64,000 nt of DNA from Octopus vulgaris (taxonomy: Eukaryota). Position numbers and translations under genes: made by a program. The stretch is taken from positions 4,588,001-4,652,000 of the forward strand of contig OX597838.1 of assembly GCA_951406725.2 (NCBI GenBank). Direction: 5' to 3'. The notes beneath the pieces are model-generated. The model saw nothing but the letters and a program-made list of their open reading frames with translations. It was not told the origin of the DNA and ran no database searches. Of the stretch, positions 55,513 to 64,000 are shown in pieces (within the stretch, counting starts at the first letter, position 1; the number at the start of each line of letters is the position of its first letter).

Positions 55513-56152
55513 TATATTTTTATTGATACATAATTATTTGTAATAGAAATAAATATCTCATAAATATAATGAATATGTTATATTACGAAAAATATCTTTT
55601 CTTTATTTGCATTATTATATTGATCTTGGTGAGAATCTATTTTATATTGAGATCAATAATATAGAAAAATATTGATGACTAATACGAAAAGACATTAGAA
55701 AATATAATCGCCGTACCCCCATTTCGTTAAACATGGACATATATCGAATATATCCTAGAAACAAGAGCTTGTACTTCTAACAGTAAAAGTAGACAAGGTG
55801 GTGTGGTGCCGTCATCAGCGGATACGAAAGAGAATGCCCCAACAATAAGAGGAGAGTGTTTAGCCTAATTTTATTTGGGGTTAAACAACATAATCAATAT
55901 TACCACAACTTGTCAGCGACGCAGCCTCTATACTGTAGAACGATCTGCTAAAACTAGCAGTTAGATCTAACTCTAATCTCACTAAAACGTTTTAAAGACA
56001 ACACACATTGGATGATGTAGATCTAGATACAGTGTGACTGAGTAAGACGTGGTGAGTAAGCTCCTGGGGTGTCTTTGACAAAAAGTCTATTCGATCTTCA
56101 CTGATATGGGCCTCAGCAACAGAAACAACAGAATCGCGAAAGAGAAACAACA

Positions 56153-56363
56153 GTACTCTCTTTACTCTTTTACTTGTTTCAATCATTTGACTGCGGCCAT
56201 GCTGGAGCACCGCCTTCAGTCGAGCAAATCGACTCCGGGACTTATTCTTTGTAAGCCCAGTACTTATCCTATCGGTCTCTTTTGCCGAACCGCGAAGTGA
56301 CGGGGGACGTAAACACACCAGCATCAGTTGTCAAGCAATGCTAGGGGGACAAACACATACACA

Positions 56364-56455
<92 letters not shown>

Positions 56456-56525
56456 TACAACAGGCTTCTTTCAGTTTCCGTCCACCAAATCCACTCACAA
56501 GGCATTGGTCGGCCCGGAGCTATAG
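56153..56525 (-). mobile_element. 5'-truncated SINE family B
   Basis: CTCTTTTACTTGTTTCAATCATTTGACTGCGGCCATGCTGGAGCACCGCC ... CCACTCACAAGGCATTGGTCGGCCCG. Confidence 0.9.
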
Positions 56526-56769
56526 CAGTAGCTTTAAATTCGTCTCCGCCACCACTCTCACCAGCAGCAGCAGCAACAGTAATAGCATCACCATCACCAC
56601 CACCACCACCACCACCACCACCACCACCACCACCACCACCATCAGCATCGCATCAACTCCTCCGCCGCCAACAGCGACATCGACGGCAAAAATAACGGCG
56701 TTGACTCGGCTGAATGCATCTCTCAGAAAGACATGAACAGCAGAAAATTTGGCAAGAATTGCCAGCAGA

Positions 56770-56828
<59 letters not shown>

Positions 56829-57433
56829 CGATAATGGCTTTGTTATTCAAACCTGAAGCCTTTTGTTCTTCCATTTCCCTTCATTTGTCTCTTGTCGACG
56901 TCTACAAAAATTCTGAAGACGTTTTGGATTGCGAGAAAACATTAACTTTTTATATACACTTGCAAATTCCCAATGAATCGACTGCAAGACATGTAGTTGA
57001 TACGATTCTCATGCATAGAATTTAATTGTTATCCTATGTTTATCGTGTACGCCCTAGTCATAAATTTTAGTTGCCTTTTCAGCCATGTTTCCTTCTGGTT
57101 CCTCCTCGCCCTACCGCTTCACCCTTCGCTCTAGTTTTAATTTGATTTCTTCTTGGTTCGTTTCGTTTAAGTATGGTTCGATTCGGTTCGTTTTTGTTTT
57201 TGTCTTTGTATGCGGATGTGTGCGTGTATACGTTTGTGTGTGTGCGTAAGTCCATGTGTGTGTGTGTGTGTGTGTGTGTATGTAGGTGTGTAAATGTGTT
57301 GGGGGTTTTCTGGTTATTTTGTATTTCATTGTATTTCAACTTTGTTAAATAAATGTATATAACACGAGTTTTCCATTAAGATTAATGTCTCTTGCTCAGA
57401 TATATATATGTTGTGTGTGTGTGTGCATGTAAA

Positions 57434-57464
<31 letters not shown>

Positions 57465-57589
57465 TTATATATAAATAAGCATATATATACATATATATAT
57501 ATATACGAACGTACACAAATATACATTCATACGTATATGTATATATACGCATGAAAGCTAGCATGTATGCATACATATACGGATATATG

Positions 57590-57625
<36 letters not shown>

Positions 57626-57799
57626 ACACACACATATATATTTATATATATATTTATATATATATATATATATAAATATATATACATACATTTATACATA
57701 CATACTTGTATCTATATACTTACATACATATTTGTAGATGTAAATGCATATATATATATATACACACTTATATATATGTTTTATCTATCTATCTGTCTG

Positions 57800-57874
<75 letters not shown>

Positions 57875-58661
57875 GTCTATCTATCTATCTATAACATGTG
57901 TGTTCGTTTTTGTGAGTGTGTGTGTATGGGTTTGTTTTCGTCTGTGTGTATACATCTACCAATGCGTAACTGCATCCTCATCAACCGTTGTATCGAATAT
58001 TCATCTGAGAATGTTGTTGTTACTGCTGTTTTTCTTTCTGGTTAGTGTTATGTTTGTATATTCTAACTTTATTCCATTCCTGTATTTCTTAGAATTTCTC
58101 GTCTTTTTGTTGCCACCGTTGTTGTTGTTGTTGTTGTTGTTGTAGCCATTTTCCTTGAAAGGTTTATTTTCGTTAAAGTATTTGTTTTTATTTTCATTTT
58201 TTAAAAATTTTTTGCTTTTCTATTTTTATTTGTTGTTGTTGCTTTATTGTCGGGTATATTTAGATATAAGTATGACTGATCGACGTATCTCGAACTACAG
58301 TTTTTGTGGTATATTTTTTTTTTACCCCCTAAAGGTTTGTAACTATCGAGTAGTGGTGGTGGTGGAGGTGGTGGTGTTGTCGGGAGAAGAAGAAGAATTA
58401 GGAAAAAAGGCAAAAGTAGATGAAAAACTAAATAAAGACGAAGAGTTAGGAGAAAAGAAGAAAAATAAGGAGAATTAGTAGTAGTAGTAGTAACAGCAGC
58501 AGTTGAAGAAGGTGGAGGGGAGAAGACGAAGAAGGTGGAGGAGGGGAGAAGGAAGAGAAAAAGAAGAAAAAAGTCGAAGAAACGTTAGAAGAATGGAAGA
58601 AAAATAAGTAGTGGTAGTAGTAGCAGCAGCAGCAGTAGTAGTAGTAGTAGTAGTAGTAGTT

Positions 58662-58694
<33 letters not shown>

Positions 58695-59330
58695 AGAGAT
58701 GAAGAAGAAGTAGGAGAAAGAGAAGAAGAAAAAGAAGAAAGAAAAGTGGAGAAGCTGAGGAAAAAATAATGGATGGGAATCCATGTAAAGATTTGTAGTA
58801 GTAGTGATGTGGTGGTAGTTGTGGTTGTGGTGGTGGTAGTGGTAGAGGTAGTGATGATGATGGTGATTGTGATGTTTAATAGTAGTAGTAGTAATAGTCA
58901 TAATAGTAGTAGTAACAGTAGTTATAGAAGTAGTGGAAGTATATAGTGGTAGTATGTATGGTTGGTAGCAATAGCTGTAGACTACGGAAATCGTAGTAGT
59001 AGTAGTAGTAGTAGTAGTAGTTGAAGAGGTAGTGGTGATGGTGGCGGTAGTGGCGGTAGTGGCAGTGATAACAGCAGCAGCAGCTGTAGTGGTAGTAGTA
59101 GTATTAGTAGTAGTTGGAGAAGGAGGGGTAGCAGAAGAAGTAGTAGTAGGAAGAAGAGGAAGGGGAAGGGGAAAAAAAGTAGAAGAGGTGAAAGAGGAAG
59201 GGGTAGAGGAAGTGGAGGAAGAGGAAGGGGTAGAGGAAGTGGAGGAAGAGGAAGGGGAAGAAAGGGAGGAAGAAAAAGAATAGTAAGAGGAAGGGAAGAG
59301 AGGAGAGGAGGGAAGAAAAGCGGTAGCAGG

Positions 59331-59388
<58 letters not shown>

Positions 59389-59999
59389 GTAGTAGTAGTA
59401 GTAGTAGTAGTAATAGTAGTAGTAGTAGTAGTAGTAAACGGCAAGAGAAGCATGATAGGGTCCACAGTAGATGTAGCTGGTAATAATTCAGGAGAGGAAT
59501 TGAGAAATAAAGAAGGGACATTTCCCACTCCAGCACAAATATATGAAACTATTATTTTTGTTGGAGGGAAGGGAATGAATTTGAAATTTATGGCTGATGT
59601 TGCTGTTATTGTGATTGTCGTTGTTGCAGTTGTTCAAAGCAAAGTCGACATTGTTGTATGATGTTTGTTGATATCGTTGTTGTTGATACTCATGTTGTGA
59701 TTGGTATTGCTTTCTATGTTTTCTTCTTCTTCTTCTTCTTCTTCTTCTTCTTCTTCTTCTTCTTCTTCTTCTTCTCCTAATTCCTCCAATTCTTCTTCTT
59801 CAATTTCTTCCTCCTCCTTCTCACCTCTTCTCCTTTTTCTTCTTCTTCAATTTCTTCCTCCTCCTTCTCACCTCTTCTTCTTCTTTTTCTTCTTCTTCTT
59901 TTTCTCCTAATTCCTCCAATTCTTCTTCTTCAAATTCTTCCTCCTCCTTCTCACCTCTTCTCCTTTTTCTTCTTCTTCAACTTCTTCCTCTTCCTTCTC

Positions 60000-60030
<31 letters not shown>

Positions 60031-60478
60031 CTTCTTCTTCTTCTTCTCATCCTTCTCCCTCCCCCTCCCCGTTAAAACAGAAATCTGTACTATAAAAGGT
60101 TTCACTACAAGAAATGATAAAAACAACAAACAAATGCAACATATAAAAAAAAAAGATTTTTTTAAAGTAGCTAAAAAACTCCTTTCGTCTTTGCAAAGAG
60201 CGCGGTTGTTACCGTTTTGCGTCCACCTCATACAATGTCTTGAATAATTCCTCACTTTGCGAGAAAGGCGTCTTTCTACACACCTACACACATATACACA
60301 CGCACAGACACAGACACATACACGCGCACACACACACATTCTCTATCTCCCTCTCCGCCTCTCTCTCTCTTTTTCTCTTTCCTTCCTTTTCTTCCTTCAT
60401 TTTTTTCTTTTCTTTCTCCGGCCCTCTCTGTAACTGTGTCTCCGCGTAATTGGTTATACGTTTGTGTGTATCTGTATC

Positions 60479-60548
<70 letters not shown>

Positions 60549-60739
60549 TGTGTGTATGTCTGTTTTATAATTCAGCATTTGTTATTTGCATTCTCTGGTG
60601 GTTATATATTTTGAATAAGAAAAAGTCCTTCCTATAAGAGATTCTATTAAATAGCAAATTGAATACATACATTTATTCTATATACATAAATATATATTAT
60701 ATATATATATATATCTATTATTTTTCTTTCAGTTATTCC

Positions 60740-61232
60740 AGTTATTTGACTGCGGCCATACTGGAGCACTGCCTTTTAGTCGAAGAAATCCACCCCAGGG
60801 CTTATTCTTTGTAAACCTGGTTCTTATTCTATCAGTCTCTTTTGTGGTGAAGCAGTGGCACCACCTTGACGCCAGGACATATGTTTTTTAAGCCTAGTAC
60901 TTATTCTATAGGTGTCTTTTGCCGAACCGCTCGATTACGAGGAGGTAAACTCACAAACACGAGTTGTCAAACGATGGTAGGTGAACAAACACAGACACAA
61001 AGACACACATGCACACACACATACACACACACACACATATATATATATGACGGGCTTCTTTCAGTTTCCGTCTACCAAATCCACTCACAAAGCTTTGGTC
61101 GGCTCGAGGCGATAGCAGAAAACGCGTGTCCACAGTGCTACGCAGTGGGACAGAACCCGGAACCATATACTTGGGAAGCCAGCTTCTTACTACACAGCCA
61201 GCCCTACACCTATATACACACACATACACATA

Positions 61233-61268
<36 letters not shown>

Positions 61269-61657
61269 TGTATGTATGTATACTTGCTTGTTTCAGTCTG
61301 CGGCCATGCTGGAGCATCGCCTTTAGTCGAGCAAATCGACCCCGGGACTTATTCTTTGTAAGCCCAGTACTTATTTTATCGGTCTCTTTTGCCGAACCGC
61401 TAAGTGACGGGGACGTAAACACACCAGCATCGGTTGTCAAGCAATGCTAGGGGGACAAACACAGACACTTATATATATATATATACATATATACGACAGG
61501 CTTCTTTCAGTTTCCGTCTACCAAATCCACTCACAAGGCATTGGTCGGCCCGGGGCTATAGCAGAAGACACTTGCCCAAGATGCCACGCAGTGGGACTGA
61601 ACCCGGAACCATGTGGTTGGTTAGCAAGCTACTTACCACACAGCCACTCCTGCGCCT
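60740..61657 (-). mobile_element. SINE family B copies (older 60740-61205; near-full 61285-61657)
   Basis: Family B tail, central and head motifs. Confidence 0.9.
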
Positions 61658-62135
61658 ATATGTATGTATGTATGTATTTGGAGGTGTCTTTCTGCTGCAT
61701 AACGGTTACTATTATATCATCAATAACAGCTTTATAAATATGATTTAAAATTGCTGCCAGTCAAAACCGATATAAACTATGGAAGTTATTGTGCGAAAAA
61801 TATTTGTCCAAAATAGAAATATCGAGAAAGAAACAACGAAAAGATACCAGTCATACACACACACACTCACACACAAACGCACAAACACACACACACGCAC
61901 AAAAATAAACACTACAAAAGCAACAATATAAAACAACAATACCGCACATTACCGTTTGGAAGCAAGTAGGGACAGAAAACTATGTAAAGGTTTAATTATA
62001 AAGTCTATTTATTTATCTTCTATTAAAATATTAAAACGATATTTTGTAGCCGGCAGCCATGTTTTCACTTGATGATGCCTGCGAGCTTAAAACACTTTTT
62101 CTTTTTTTGTAATCTTCGGTTTCGAAATATAAGTG

Positions 62136-62188
<53 letters not shown>

Positions 62189-62208
62189 CATCATCATCAT
62201 CATCATCA

Positions 62209-62241
<33 letters not shown>

Positions 62242-62247
62242 TTATTA

Positions 62248-62329
<82 letters not shown>

Positions 62330-62364
62330 TATTATTATTATTATTATTATCATCATCATCATCA

Positions 62365-62413
<49 letters not shown>

Positions 62414-62424
62414 CATCATCATCA

Positions 62425-62455
<31 letters not shown>

Positions 62456-62529
62456 CATTATTATTATTATCATTATCATCATCATCATCATCATCATTAT
62501 CATCATTATTATTATTATTATTATTATCA

Positions 62530-62584
<55 letters not shown>

Positions 62585-62589
62585 CATCA

Positions 62590-62623
<34 letters not shown>

Positions 62624-62652
62624 CATTATTATTATTATTATCATCATCATCA

Positions 62653-62713
<61 letters not shown>

Positions 62714-62784
62714 CATCATCATCATTATTATTATTATTATTATTATTATCATTATTATTATTATCATTATCATTATCATCATCA

Positions 62785-62833
<49 letters not shown>

Positions 62834-62844
62834 CATCATCATCA

Positions 62845-62875
<31 letters not shown>

Positions 62876-62949
62876 CATTATTATTATTATCATTATCATC
62901 ATCATCATCATCATCATTATCATCATTATTATTATTATTATTATTATCA

Positions 62950-63004
<55 letters not shown>

Positions 63005-63009
63005 CATCA

Positions 63010-63043
<34 letters not shown>

Positions 63044-63072
63044 CATTATTATTATTATTATCATCATCATCA

Positions 63073-63133
<61 letters not shown>

Positions 63134-63249
63134 CATCATCATCATTATTATTATTATTATTATTATTATCATTATTATTATTATCATTATCATTATCATC
63201 ATCATCATCATCATCATTATCATCATTATTATTATTATTATTATTATTA

Positions 63250-63283
<34 letters not shown>

Positions 63284-63291
63284 CATCATCA

Positions 63292-63322
<31 letters not shown>

Positions 63323-63362
63323 CATTATTATTATTATCATTATCATCATCATCATCATCATC

Positions 63363-63394
<32 letters not shown>

Positions 63395-63396
63395 TA

Positions 63397-63454
<58 letters not shown>

Positions 63455-63530
63455 TATTATTACCAATATTATTATTGTTGTTGTTGTTGTTGTTGTTGTT
63501 ATCGTCATCGTCGTCGTCGTCGTCGTTGTT
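62136..63530. repeat. Compound (TAT/CAT)n microsatellite with an exact 420-bp higher-order duplication
   Basis: Sequence is identical at a 420-bp offset from 62355 to 63208. Confidence 0.9.
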
Positions 63531-63857
63531 GTTGGTCTATAGACACGTATTGCACATCGCTCCCGTTAGTTTTGTTGTTATTCATATTGTTACACAAAGT
63601 TATATATTGAACGTTTGTTATCGTTATATAGATAAATAAACTAGGAATGTAGGTGGCTGGTAAAAGCTTCCCCATCTGTAGCCCTTAGGGGCTAAATAGG
63701 GGTTTGTTTAGTAAACGCGCCTCTTGATTTTTATTTTTTGTTTTAAAAAAACAAAGATGGTGGATGAGGATCGTTAGTCCGCTGAAAACAACAGCCAGTT
63801 ATCCGCAGAACAGAGCAATCAAATTGTAAACGCCACTTGAAGGATCTGCAACAACAG

Positions 63858-64000
63858 TGGAGGCGCAATGGCCCAGTGGTTAGGGCAGCGGGCTCGCGGT
63901 CGGAGGATCGCGGTTTCGATTCCCAGACCGGGCGTTGTGTGTGTTTATTGAGCGAAAACACCTAAAGCTCCACGAGGCTCCGGTAGGGGGTGGTGGCGAC
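63858..64000 (+). mobile_element. tRNA-derived SINE family D (5' part, runs off the window)
   Basis: Box A TGGCCCAGTGG and box B GGTTTCGATTCC followed by a non-tRNA body. No acceptor-stem closure or Pol III terminator. Confidence 0.75.

Noticed and set aside
63549-63570. TATTGCACATCGCTCCCG resembles the miR-92 family seed
   Set aside because: No 5' arm able to form a precursor hairpin; upstream is microsatellite.
63858-63935. Possible tRNA gene (likewise 12956-13016 and 17420-17500)
   Set aside because: Box A and B are present, but there is no acceptor stem or T-run terminator and the sequence continues into a SINE body.

Overview
AT-rich, microsatellite-saturated eukaryotic DNA, intergenic or intronic. 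It is most consistent with a cephalopod (Octopus-like) genome, an inference from the repeat landscape. I recognise no host protein-coding gene: almost all ORFs in the track are translations of (TA)n, (CA)n, (TAA)n, (TTC)n, (TATC)n or (CAT)n. Supported features: (1) a full-length U5 snRNA on the minus strand (~32803-32926); (2) dozens of copies of at least four tRNA-derived SINE families, one of which forms head+(body)n tandem arrays with constant junctions; (3) decayed fragments of mariner and maT (DD37D) transposases, two Penelope-like GIY-YIG endonucleases, an R4/Dong-type restriction-like endonuclease, a CR1/L2-type LINE 3' end and a non-autonomous Helitron; (4) minimal type-I hammerhead ribozyme motifs. 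The most interesting item is a ~345-bp TSD-flanked element at 12887-13230. It joins a tRNA-type Pol III head to a hammerhead ribozyme and a Penelope-style inverted 3'-end copy, making it a candidate ribozyme-bearing, Penelope-mobilised SINE. Element boundaries were read by eye and are approximate. Family labels A-E are my own.
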